Part shown: one piece after another, positions 1 to 8,167 of the stretch | Position numbering within the stretch: the first letter of the stretch is position 1 | Layout of the letters: each line of letters begins with the position of its first letter | Virus record (IMG/VR): IMGVR_UViG_3300037400_001705 | Length of the DNA stretch: 20,000 nt | Source of the DNA: an uncultured virus (IMG/VR IMGVR_UViG_3300037400_001705) | Lineage: Duplodnaviria; Heunggongvirae; Uroviricota; Caudoviricetes | Reading direction: 5' to 3' (one strand) | Notes under the pieces: generated by a model | Databases searched by the model: none | What the model saw: the letters and a program-made list of their open reading frames with translations, nothing else | What the model was told of the DNA's origin: nothing | Made by a program: the position numbers and the translations under genes

Positions 1-396
1 GTGCGGCAGACGGCTCAGGAAAAGAGGCATAAAACCCGTCGAAACCACTTAGGGACGTAAAGGCAGTGGGGGTATGCAACCACCAAGAGAGTAACATCGG
101 CTGACGAAGGAAAAGCAGGGTGCTCCTGAGACCATAGAGATGGATAGCGTTAGACCACAACTGCGCGAACAACAACTAAAGGCTACCGACGCAGGTATAG
201 TCGTAAAAGAATCCCGCAACCACCGAGCGTAAAAGGCCGACAGACCATAACTGCGGAAATCAAAGGCTACCGTTGGACGATAACGCAAAGCGTAAGCCAT
301 GGAAAAACTCTTCACGAAATTTCGTGTTGGAATTGGCAAAAGTCTCATGGGGAATGTGGACGCACATTCCCTACTACTAACCAACTACACAAGATT

Positions 397-915
397 ATGG
401 CAAAGCTAAATGTCTACTCATTTGCCGACTATAACGCTGTCCGCTATCTTGCCCATCAAGTGAAGGATGGAAACGACAGCAGTATCAGTCGCGCAGCTCG
501 TTACATGGCGCATCTTGTGTCGTGTATCGCTGACGAGCGGTGCGTTATCGTTCCTGTGCCTGGTCGTATAGGTGTCGCTCTCTACACAAAGGTTCTTGCC
601 GAACGTATCTCTGAGCTGACGGGTGTGCGTGTCATGGACTGCTTAAAATGCAAGCCACACATGACGCAGTATCTCCGCAAGTACCGCTATGGTCTTGACA
701 GCATGCGACCGATGGACTTTTCAGTTACCGAAAATGTTCCCTCAAACGTTATCCCCATTCTCATTGATAACGTCCTCGACACGGGAACAACCGTCATGTC
801 CGCTATGCAGGCTCTTGACCGCTCTCTCTACGCTGTTGTGCTGGGCAACACACACAACTTCCTGCATTTCAATTATCCTATCAACCTCTACGAACAATCT
901 CTCACATGGCAATGA
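397..915 (+). CDS. ComF-like / phosphoribosyltransferase-fold protein
   Basis: 172 aa ORF with IVPVP motif and PRPP-binding-loop-like LIDNVLDTGTT (canonical DD is DN). Confidence 0.75.
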   Translation: MAKLNVYSFADYNAVRYLAHQVKDGNDSSISRAARYMAHLVSCIADERCVIVPVPGRIGVALYTKVLAERISELTGVRVMDCLKCKPHMTQYLRKYRYGLDSMRPMDFSVTENVPSNVIPILIDNVLDTGTTVMSAMQALDRSLYAVVLGNTHNFLHFNYPINLYEQSLTWQ

Positions 916-1124
916 GCGTCAAGTACGAAGCCGTCTGCGAATCGGGCAATACGGATGCTGACACCATCCGAACGTTCCCTGACCGCGAATGCGCTGACCT
1001 CTTTTGTCAGATTTGGCGTGCCTCGCATCCTGGCACCCATGCTTGGGTACGAGAGACACAACACCGCCACATGGAACACAAAACTCTTGGCAGTTCCGTA
1101 ATGACGGTCGAACTCTACGATTAG
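912..1124 (+). CDS. hypothetical protein
   Basis: Short ORF coupled to the upstream stop by an ATGA overlap at 912-915 (alternative start 906). Confidence 0.55.
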   Translation: MSVKYEAVCESGNTDADTIRTFPDRECADLFCQIWRASHPGTHAWVRETQHRHMEHKTLGSSVMTVELYD

Positions 1125-1184
1125 CCTCAGTGTGCAGCGTGATTTTGTCACGCTGTTCCCAATAACCCCTAAATATATCAGAAT

Positions 1185-1505
1185 ATGACAAAAGCAGACA
1201 AATTGTACTTGGAATTGAAGCAGGGACACCCTAACCACCTGATTCTTATCAGACGTAATGACTTCTATGAATGCAGGGAAGATGATGCAAAGATTGTGTC
1301 AAATGTTCTTGGTATCACATTGTCAAGACACACTACTGGGCTAAAGCATTTCTTCTGCTGTTTTCCGTTTCATGCGCTCGACACCTATCTGCCTAAGCTT
1401 GTCCGTGCAGGCTATAAGGTTGCCATCTGCGACCAGCTGGACGAACCAAAGAAACCCGTCAAGCGCGGTATTACAGAACTCGTCTCTTCAAACCCACTGA
1501 AATAG
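1185..1505 (+). CDS. stand-alone MutS N-terminal mismatch-recognition domain (MutS_I)
   Basis: DFYE, LGITL, FPFHALDTYLPKLVRAGYKVAICDQL, KRGITELV closely follow Bacteroidetes MutS domain I; protein ends at 106 aa. Confidence 0.88.
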   Translation: MTKADKLYLELKQGHPNHLILIRRNDFYECREDDAKIVSNVLGITLSRHTTGLKHFFCCFPFHALDTYLPKLVRAGYKVAICDQLDEPKKPVKRGITELVSSNPLK

Positions 1506-1539
1506 GTGGGTTCACTATTAACCAAACAACATCATCATT

Positions 1540-2235
1540 ATGAAAAGAAAACTATCACTACCCGTAAACTGTTGGGCAGCGGAAGATATTCCGTCCAACA
1601 AACTGATTGAAGCCAATTCCGACCATCTGAGTAATTCAGAATTACTCTCTATCATCATTGGTAATGGCTCCAACACAGAGAATAGTGTAGAACTGGCACG
1701 CCGCATCCTGTCAACGTGTGACAACAAACTGTCCAAACTGGCAAAGATGACGCCTAACGACCTCTCTTGCTTTCATGGCGTCGGCAAACAGAAAGCGGCT
1801 AAGATTATGGCAGCTCTCGAACTCGGCCGTCGCCGTCAGGAAGAGCAGGCCATTGAAAAGCCAGACTTGGGTACGGCTGTACGCATCTATAACATGATGC
1901 ACCCTATCATGGCAGACTTGGAGAAAGAAGAGTTTTGGGTGCTTCTCGCAAATCAGAACTTCAAACTGATAAAGAAATTCCGACTGTCGCAGGGTGGCAT
2001 CTCTGAGGTGGCCGTGGATATTCGTATCGTCATAAAGGAAGCTGTTCTCAACAACGCTACCATCTTGGTGGTCTGCCACAATCATCCGTCTGGTTCTCTA
2101 CGCCCGAGCAAGTTTGACGACGACCTGACCTTTAGCTTACAGAAAGCCTGTCAACTCATGCGCATCAAGTTTATGGACCACGTTATCGTGACCGACGGAG
2201 CGTATTATTCCTATCACGAACAGGGCAAACTCTGA
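1540..2235 (+). CDS. radC: RadC family protein (HhH + JAB/MPN domain)
   Basis: LSNSELLSIII, GVGKQKA HhH, E-F-W-V-L, HNHPSG-x3-PS-x2-D, DHVIV motifs. Confidence 0.93.
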   Translation: MKRKLSLPVNCWAAEDIPSNKLIEANSDHLSNSELLSIIIGNGSNTENSVELARRILSTCDNKLSKLAKMTPNDLSCFHGVGKQKAAKIMAALELGRRRQEEQAIEKPDLGTAVRIYNMMHPIMADLEKEEFWVLLANQNFKLIKKFRLSQGGISEVAVDIRIVIKEAVLNNATILVVCHNHPSGSLRPSKFDDDLTFSLQKACQLMRIKFMDHVIVTDGAYYSYHEQGKL

Positions 2236-2295
2236 TTTAGTCTCTCGTGCCCAATGGGTAACCATTGGGTAGCCACTAACCAAACTTTTAAGAAT

Positions 2296-3624
2296 ATGGA
2301 AACAAAAGAATTATTAACTTACTGCTGGAAACACAAGCTTTTCGGCAAAGGTCTCAAGACATCAAACGGAAAGAATTTGCAGATTATTGATGTGGGATTG
2401 TTTGACCGACACCACGGCTCTCGTTTCTTCAACGCAAAACTTGGAATCGACAGCACGCTATGGGTTGGCTACGTCTTAGTCTTTGAGAAGTCAAGCGATT
2501 TCTACCAGTCCGACATCAAGGATTCAAGCAATGTAATCCTTGTTGTGTGCAGCTCAGAGGACCAACCTTGCTTTGCGGCTGACGGAACGGAGATACCGCG
2601 ATTGGTTGTGAGTGTTCCCGACAGCGTTACCCGCAATTATGATGCTCTGATGGGTGCCGATGGCGATACGCTTTGCCACCGCCACATCATGCAGTACACA
2701 ACTCCGCTTTCGAGACACGCTTGGATTGCTGCCATGCAGACAGAGTTTCTTGAGAACGAAACCGAGTATATCAGTAGGTTCTATAAAGAGAGTGGTGATT
2801 TGGAAAAGACTTTCTTCATAGCTCTGCTGAGGGCTTTCGGATTCGCCACAAACAAGACGACAATGGATCTGCTGGCACGAAACATCTGCATGAACGCCTT
2901 GGAGAACTGCCGCGACAACCTCTTTCAGATTGAAGCCATTATTCTTGGTCAGGCTGGACTTCTCACCCTGGAGCCAGACGCTCAGAGAGCAATACCCGAA
3001 AAGTATCTCAAACACGCTCAAATGGAAGGCTATTTCGCAAAACTCAGAAACGAATGGCTCTATCTGAAAAACAAGTTCAACATGCCGTTGGAAATATCAA
3101 GGCTATGCTGGCAACCTTACGGCGGTGGCGGTCTGACTTATCCGAATGTCTATCTGTCAATGCTGGCTAATTGGTGGTATTGTAGAAAAATGGATTCAAA
3201 GACGGCCTTAAACATCAAGACTGCGAAAGAGGCTATGAACCTCTTCAACACTCATTGCACGCCTTATTGGGAAACTCACTACGTCTTTGGCTCCGAGACA
3301 TCAAAGTGTATGAAATGTCTATCCAACGACAGAAAGGCTTGGCTTGTTGCGGCTTGTCTGACCCCGTTCCTCTTCTTCTACGGTAGGCATACCAGCAACG
3401 AAGAACTTTGTGACCGCGCTTTCGAGATAATGGAACAGCTTGGCCACTTCTCTACGTCCGATACAAACTATTTCAAGAAGTTCGGCTTTGAGCCGACGGA
3501 CGCTGGAGAGGTTGTTGGAATGACCCACCTGAAAGCCAAGTACTGCAATCCGCAATGCAAGGCCGGCGCTCCACGCCTCTGTCTTCTCTGCCGTTTTGGA
3601 CGCGAGTTCATCACAAAACATTAG
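2296..3624 (+). CDS. DUF2851 family protein (divergent)
   Basis: N-terminal LLTYCWKHKLF...FFNAK...LWVG, central QIEAIILGQAGLL, YWETHYVFG, C-terminal CLLCRFG; ATG 2296 preferred over 2254, which lies inside a hairpin. Confidence 0.8.
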   Translation: METKELLTYCWKHKLFGKGLKTSNGKNLQIIDVGLFDRHHGSRFFNAKLGIDSTLWVGYVLVFEKSSDFYQSDIKDSSNVILVVCSSEDQPCFAADGTEIPRLVVSVPDSVTRNYDALMGADGDTLCHRHIMQYTTPLSRHAWIAAMQTEFLENETEYISRFYKESGDLEKTFFIALLRAFGFATNKTTMDLLARNICMNALENCRDNLFQIEAIILGQAGLLTLEPDAQRAIPEKYLKHAQMEGYFAKLRNEWLYLKNKFNMPLEISRLCWQPYGGGGLTYPNVYLSMLANWWYCRKMDSKTALNIKTAKEAMNLFNTHCTPYWETHYVFGSETSKCMKCLSNDRKAWLVAACLTPFLFFYGRHTSNEELCDRAFEIMEQLGHFSTSDTNYFKKFGFEPTDAGEVVGMTHLKAKYCNPQCKAGAPRLCLLCRFGREFITKH

Positions 3625-3634
3625 TCTCTTTGTT

Positions 3635-3655
3635 CTGCACGTTTTTTTCGTGCAG
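3635..3655 (+). terminator. hairpin after accessory operon (possible terminator or processing site)
   Basis: CTGCACG-TTTTTTT-CGTGCAG, 10 nt after the stop; no classic downstream U-tract. Confidence 0.45.
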
Positions 3656-3703
3656 TTCACCAATTATCAAAAACCATGTTATAAAATCAGAAAAATAGAC
3701 CGC

Positions 3704-3778
3704 TGTGTGAATCACTGTGTGAGATTTACATAAAACTTACTGATTATCAGTGTGTTTGTTGTGTGAATTGCTGTGTGA
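3704..3778 (-). repeat. iteron cluster, 4 x TCACACA on minus strand
   Basis: TGTGTGA at 3704, 3716, 3760, 3772 (spacing 12/44/12) around CTGATTATCAG. Confidence 0.85.
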
Positions 3779-3872
3779 GTTGGTAAGTATATTTTACAAT
3801 ACCGCCTAATTTACATCAAATTATTTCATAAAAAACCGCCCAAAATCGCGGGTTTTGCGGGTTTTTGAGGGG

Positions 3873-3947
3873 TCACACACCAACTCACACACTTAACGTA
3901 TTGATAATCATTATATTATCTCAAAACCTCACACACCTTCTCACACA
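3873..3947 (+). repeat. iteron cluster, 4 x TCACACA, followed by AT-rich tract
   Basis: TCACACA at 3873, 3885, 3929, 3941 (12/44/12); 26 nt identical to 18943-18968; AT-rich tract ~3998-4051. Confidence 0.85.
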
Positions 3948-4106
3948 GTCCCCTATTATAAATAAGGTACGCAGGCGCAGCCGCTCGCCCATGCGCGATT
4001 TTAATAGTTATATATATAATATATTAAAGAAAAATTTTAAAAAGAAAGAAACACGTCTCTGCTGTTAAAAATCCAAAAGACAGCCTAAATATAAACCGTA
4101 AATAAT

Positions 4107-4114
4107 TATCTTTG
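4107..4114 (+). promoter_or_regulatory. Bacteroidetes -7 promoter element
   Basis: TATCTTTG matches TAnnTTTG; 4 nt separate it from ATG 4119. Confidence 0.6.
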
Positions 4115-4118
4115 CAAC

Positions 4119-5138
4119 ATGAAAGAACTGAGAGGTCTCACCTATGAGCAAAACAAGAAATTCCGCTTCGCTATCGACAGCGGATATTTCGACGATTGGG
4201 AACAGGACCCGCGAAAATGGAAACATACTTTCGCAGGTGCATTCCTATGGAAATACCCACATAGGGTAAAAATCCTCAATATCCTCAAAGATATTGTAGG
4301 AAACGTCCCAACGTGGGACGACCTGAACGACGAGGTATTGCGCGACCTCGTAGACGAACTGACAGGACAGAATCTTGCCACCTCTTCCATACGAACGATG
4401 TGTGCCGAACTAAAAGCACTACTGAACAGCAACAAGCGCAAACTGCCGTTCAACGAGTTTGGTGATATTCTCTCCGTCAAGGGTACGGCTACACAATCCG
4501 TTTACCTTACGAGCCGCGAAATGGAAATGTTCATGGCTTATAAGCCAACGACGGACACGGAGCATTTCGTACACCGAAACTTTTGCGTCAGCATGATGAC
4601 AGGCGCACGACTGATAGACACGCTGAAGCTGACTATCTCTAACTGCGACATTGAAACAAACATGCTCTCGTATGTTCCACAGAAAACGCCCGGGCTGGTG
4701 GTCTATGTCCCCGTGGACGAACGCCACAACCTACGCTTCTATCTTGCCGACGTTTGCAAGGACGAACGATGTCTCGACACATACAACGAGGTCCTGCGTC
4801 GCATCTGCAAGGTGATAGGCATTGATACGGTGTGCACCGTGGTCAAGGCTGGCAAGAGCCGAACGGCACCAAAGTACGAACTTGTCAGCTCACACACAGC
4901 CAGACGCACGTTCGCAACGAATCTCTATCTCGCTGGTGTGTCGCTCGAAGACATTGCTATGATGATGGGCCACGGCAAGAACATCGACACCACAAAGCGC
5001 TACATCTGTGCCGAACGCACACTGAATCCCAGTGTTATGTCTTATTTCCAGAAGCCAGACAAACCCGCCACACCTCAGGCAGCGTCCTACACGGATGAAG
5101 AACTCGACGCCTACGAGGATGCTCTTCTCGACGAATAG
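4119..5138 (+). CDS. tyrosine recombinase (second integrase/resolvase)
   Basis: TGARLID (Arg), PQKT (Lys), SHTARRTFATNLY (HxxR), MGH, TTKRY (Tyr). Confidence 0.92.
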   Translation: MKELRGLTYEQNKKFRFAIDSGYFDDWEQDPRKWKHTFAGAFLWKYPHRVKILNILKDIVGNVPTWDDLNDEVLRDLVDELTGQNLATSSIRTMCAELKALLNSNKRKLPFNEFGDILSVKGTATQSVYLTSREMEMFMAYKPTTDTEHFVHRNFCVSMMTGARLIDTLKLTISNCDIETNMLSYVPQKTPGLVVYVPVDERHNLRFYLADVCKDERCLDTYNEVLRRICKVIGIDTVCTVVKAGKSRTAPKYELVSSHTARRTFATNLYLAGVSLEDIAMMMGHGKNIDTTKRYICAERTLNPSVMSYFQKPDKPATPQAASYTDEELDAYEDALLDE

Positions 5139-5199
5139 TTTCCTGCACTTCTTTCCTATTTGCGGTGTAGGAAACCATTTATTTTCCTATTCCCCGTCT

Positions 5200-6471
5200 T
5201 TAAGGTTCAGTATGGTGCTGTATCACAGCACCCAGAACCACATATTCAACCACTCTTCTCACAGCGTTGTCTATCTTGCGCTGGTCATGGGCGATATAAC
5301 GTGCCGTAACGCGCTTACTCCAAGAATGCCCGAGACACTGGCCAATAGTCTGCTCACTGATGTCAAGGTCGTTGGCGGCTATTGAACCGAACGAGTAGCG
5401 TGCTGAATAGAGCGTGATGCCAGGGCAGAGTGGGGCATACTCCATCTTTCGGAGTTTGCCTACTTTGTCCTTTACCTTCCAGCTTGACCCAACCTTCTGC
5501 AACGCTTCGTTGGCTTGCTTGGAGAACGAGTGATAGTCACTCCTGCAGTCCATAAAACTTGTCAGCCACCCTTCCCTTGACGGATAGCGGTCAATAATCT
5601 CCTGCGCCTCTGGCAGTACTGGCAAGGTGATGACGCGAATCTTTGTCACACCTTCCTTGTTCGTTTTTTTTCTGACGAAAGACAGGTGCCCATCCTTGAT
5701 GCAGTCCGCTTTGAGTGACAACAAATCTACAGGGTTGATGCCAGCAAGGTAGAACGACAAAAAGAAGAAGTCCACGTAAGGCCGTTGCCACGGTTCGCAT
5801 GGATAATCTCTTAGCCGTCTCAGGTCCTCAGCGGAAAGATTGTTGGGAACTGTCTCTTCCTCTCTGATGTGATAATCCAGGAAAGGATAGTTTGTGGTCA
5901 TTCCCTTGCGTCTGGCCCAGTTGAATACGGCTCTGATATTCCTCAGTTCCTTGGCCACGCCATTTATCTTCATACCCTGCTTGATGCAATAATCATAGAA
6001 CGAGTCCATCCATTCCCTATTAATGGCATCAAGGCCGCAGTTCCCTGCGGTTTTCCACAGGGCGTTAAACGCTTCCACCTTCCGCGCCGTTATCCTATAC
6101 AAAATAGCCGTTTGTTCCCTTTTTGTGGCGGCGAACGATTGGATAGCATCTGGCAGGGCGAACGGCTTGGTTTTCTTCTGAACGCCGAAAACGTCGTTTA
6201 AAATCCTCTCTTTGAGTTCTTGATTGCTCAGCCCTGCAATATCCCTCTCAATACATAAAGAGGTCACAGCGGCAAAATATTTGCCTAATAGGATAGTCTT
6301 ACGCTTCCAGTCTCTGTCAGACTTTGGAAACGACATGTCAACCAGCTTGTCACATGTAGTAATGCCGGTATTCACAAAAAACCTGCCCTGCTTCGTACTG
6401 ACTATGAAGTACACAGGAAACGAGCCGTCTTTGTTGGCTCTCGTTGTGTTTACATAGGGATAAATCTTCAT
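5200..6471 (-). CDS. int: phage integrase (Bacteroidales type: arm-binding + SAM-like + catalytic domain)
   Basis: N-terminal NKDGSFPVYFIV arm-binding region, FYLAGINPVDL, RKKT, YSARYSFGSIA, LGHSW, VTARY; adjacent to attP. Confidence 0.9.
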   Translation of the reverse strand: MKIYPYVNTTRANKDGSFPVYFIVSTKQGRFFVNTGITTCDKLVDMSFPKSDRDWKRKTILLGKYFAAVTSLCIERDIAGLSNQELKERILNDVFGVQKKTKPFALPDAIQSFAATKREQTAILYRITARKVEAFNALWKTAGNCGLDAINREWMDSFYDYCIKQGMKINGVAKELRNIRAVFNWARRKGMTTNYPFLDYHIREEETVPNNLSAEDLRRLRDYPCEPWQRPYVDFFFLSFYLAGINPVDLLSLKADCIKDGHLSFVRKKTNKEGVTKIRVITLPVLPEAQEIIDRYPSREGWLTSFMDCRSDYHSFSKQANEALQKVGSSWKVKDKVGKLRKMEYAPLCPGITLYSARYSFGSIAANDLDISEQTIGQCLGHSWSKRVTARYIAHDQRKIDNAVRRVVEYVVLGAVIQHHTEP

Positions 6472-6490
6472 TTTGTTTCGAGTTTTAATT

Positions 6491-6762
6491 TGCTACACTA
6501 ACATGATGATGCTACACTATTTGCTGCACCAATAAAACCCTCAAAAGCCTGCAAAAGCCGCGATTTCTCTTAACCGCTTGTAGATTTACCTCAACTTAGA
6601 TTCCTATCACAGTAACGTTAAATCGCTGATTATCAGCTTTGAGCGGAATACGGGACTCGAACCCGCGACCCTCGGCTTGGGAAAAGATGGGCGTGACTTG
6701 CAGGGCCTTTATTTAAAGGGCTTCTGAAGAATGGCGCAGACTGCTACACTATTTGCTACACC
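6491..6762. mobile_element. attP with arm-type repeats and IHF-like site
   Basis: TGCTACACTATTTGCT(G/A)CACC at 6510-6530 and 6742-6762, extra TGCTACACTA at 6491; minus-strand AATCAGCGATTTA (WATCARnnnnTTR) at ~6619-6631; tRNA fragment core lies between the arms. Confidence 0.8.
6641..6683 (-). pseudogene. 3' half of tRNA-Gly(CCC), att core
   Basis: Reverse complement TTCCCAA-GCCGA-GGGTC-GCGGG-TTCGAGT-CCCGT-ATTCCGC-T; starts at the anticodon loop and the 5' half is absent. Confidence 0.88.
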
Positions 6763-6769
6763 AAAGCGT

Positions 6770-7033
6770 TCATGAAGTATATTTCCTTAGCTCTTGTATA
6801 AGCCGTCCTATCTCCTGAATTAGCTTGCTTTTGCCCCATAATTTATATTTGTCTGTTATGCGGACAATTTCTTCTTCGCTGTCTGGATTTATTTCATCAA
6901 AACGCGCCTCTATTAGCATGCGAATTTCTTTTTCGAGTTCTTTGTTTTCGTGCTGCAAGGCCCTATAATCTCGTAAGAGATACTTATACACTACCTCTAT
7001 AGGTAAATCAGATAGTTCTTTGTTTTCTTTCAT
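6770..7033 (-). CDS. hypothetical protein (lysogeny module)
   Basis: 87 aa ORF, co-oriented with the repressor. Confidence 0.65.
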   Translation of the reverse strand: MKENKELSDLPIEVVYKYLLRDYRALQHENKELEKEIRMLIEARFDEINPDSEEEIVRITDKYKLWGKSKLIQEIGRLIQELRKYTS

Positions 7034-7045
7034 AATCGTTAGATT

Positions 7046-7327
7046 TTATAAAACCTTTTCCCAAATTTCTTCAAGCAAGCCCTTCTCGTAATCATCGATA
7101 GGTTTAACCGATGATTGGTTATAGGATATGTAGTCTTGGGCCTTATAAATAAAAGCCTTCAACAAACCAATTTTGTCAGCCCATGCCTTGACCACATCCG
7201 CATTCTCTGGATTTGAGATAAATTCGTCAAGTTCGTGCCTGTATTCAGACAAATGTGCATGTGCTTGCATTGCTGTCATATCAAAACATGATACGGCAAG
7301 CTCTTCTCTGCTAAGTAATCTTTCCAT
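7046..7327 (-). CDS. hypothetical protein (lysogeny module)
   Basis: ORF MERLLSR..., starting immediately after the repressor stop. Confidence 0.65.
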   Translation of the reverse strand: MERLLSREELAVSCFDMTAMQAHAHLSEYRHELDEFISNPENADVVKAWADKIGLLKAFIYKAQDYISYNQSSVKPIDDYEKGLLEEIWEKVL

Positions 7328-7328
7328 A

Positions 7329-7721
7329 TTATATTTTCTCCGTCTCTTTAGTTCCAACAATCAACATTCTATTAATCGCCATCATCTGTTTCATTATCTC
7401 CTGTTCTTCTTTGATAATGTCTTGATGACGCTCATATAGACCATTAAGCCTCTCAAGAAGTTTCTGTCTCTGTTCTTGGTCAAGTTCTACGCCACCGCCT
7501 GAGAAACCGTCCAAGACCTCACAACCCTCAAATAACCAATCTCGACTGATACCATAATGGCTTACGACAAGCTCTGCGAGCCTGAATGTATCGCGCCGAC
7601 CTTTAATCATGTCAGAAATGGTTGATTGCTTCAGATTTAAGGCTTGCCCTAAATCTGATTGCTTAAGCCCTCTCTCTTTCATAAAGGCTTTAATACGGTT
7701 TCCAAGTTCAATCTTATCCAT
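7329..7721 (-). CDS. Cro/C1-type HTH repressor
   Basis: LGNRIKAFMKERGLKQSDLGQALNLKQSTISDMIKGRR...ISRDWLFEG; divergent from early lytic genes; coiled-coil C-terminus. Confidence 0.85.
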   Translation of the reverse strand: MDKIELGNRIKAFMKERGLKQSDLGQALNLKQSTISDMIKGRRDTFRLAELVVSHYGISRDWLFEGCEVLDGFSGGGVELDQEQRQKLLERLNGLYERHQDIIKEEQEIMKQMMAINRMLIVGTKETEKI

Positions 7722-7775
7722 ATTGTAAAAATATGTATTATATTACAAAAGCATCTTAAAATATAACATAAAGAG

Positions 7776-7920
7776 TACGCGTTTTGCGTAATTTTCAATA
7801 CCTTTGCATCATCTAATTAGTTAGATAGCAAGGCAGCAGCGCGAATAAATCCGCGATATATGACATTTGGCGATGTAAATATAGCACTTTTATCGCAAAT
7901 CTCCTTGCTTTATCGCGAAT
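7776..7920. promoter_or_regulatory. divergent immunity promoter/operator region
   Basis: TACCTTTG (-7 box, +) at 7799-7806; palindrome TACGCGTTTTGCGTA at 7776-7790; TTTATCGC(A/G)AAT repeats at ~7889 and ~7909; inverted GCGATA at 7854. Confidence 0.55.
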
Positions 7921-7948
7921 TATTAACAAAAAATAAGATAGGTAGCAA

Positions 7949-8167
7949 ATGGATAGATTGACGCAAAAAGACATTCTCGAACTGAAAGCAGGAGCTATAA
8001 AAAGCTTTGGGCTGAAAGATAACGCAGCATGTAATGCTGCCAAGACTTGTGTTCAGTACGTCAAGCGCATGCACAAGGAAACAATGACGAACCGACGCAT
8101 TTCAGACTATAAGGTTAGCGTGAATTGGGATCAAAGTATTGTAACTATAGCAGCGATTGAAGTATGA
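7949..8167 (+). CDS. small early protein (Cro position)
   Basis: 72 aa, first gene of the rightward operon; ATGA overlap with the antirepressor. Confidence 0.65.
   Translation: MDRLTQKDILELKAGAIKSFGLKDNAACNAAKTCVQYVKRMHKETMTNRRISDYKVSVNWDQSIVTIAAIEV

Noticed and set aside
101..133. Hammerhead ribozyme (CTGACGA followed by AGGA...TCCT stem)
   Set aside because: The stem is followed by GAGAC rather than the invariant GAAA, and stems I and III could not be built.
3704..3947. CRISPR array
   Set aside because: Repeats are only 7 nt with alternating 12/44 spacing, and no cas genes are present.
3865..4068. 67-aa ORF resembling the initiator linker (HTPTHTLN)
   Set aside because: The similarity is explained by the DNA iterons; TTG start and low-complexity product.
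5200..6471. Inactive integrase (GIN instead of Arg motif, YSAR instead of HxxR)
   Set aside because: Such substitutions are common in Bacteroidales integrases, and the attP is intact.
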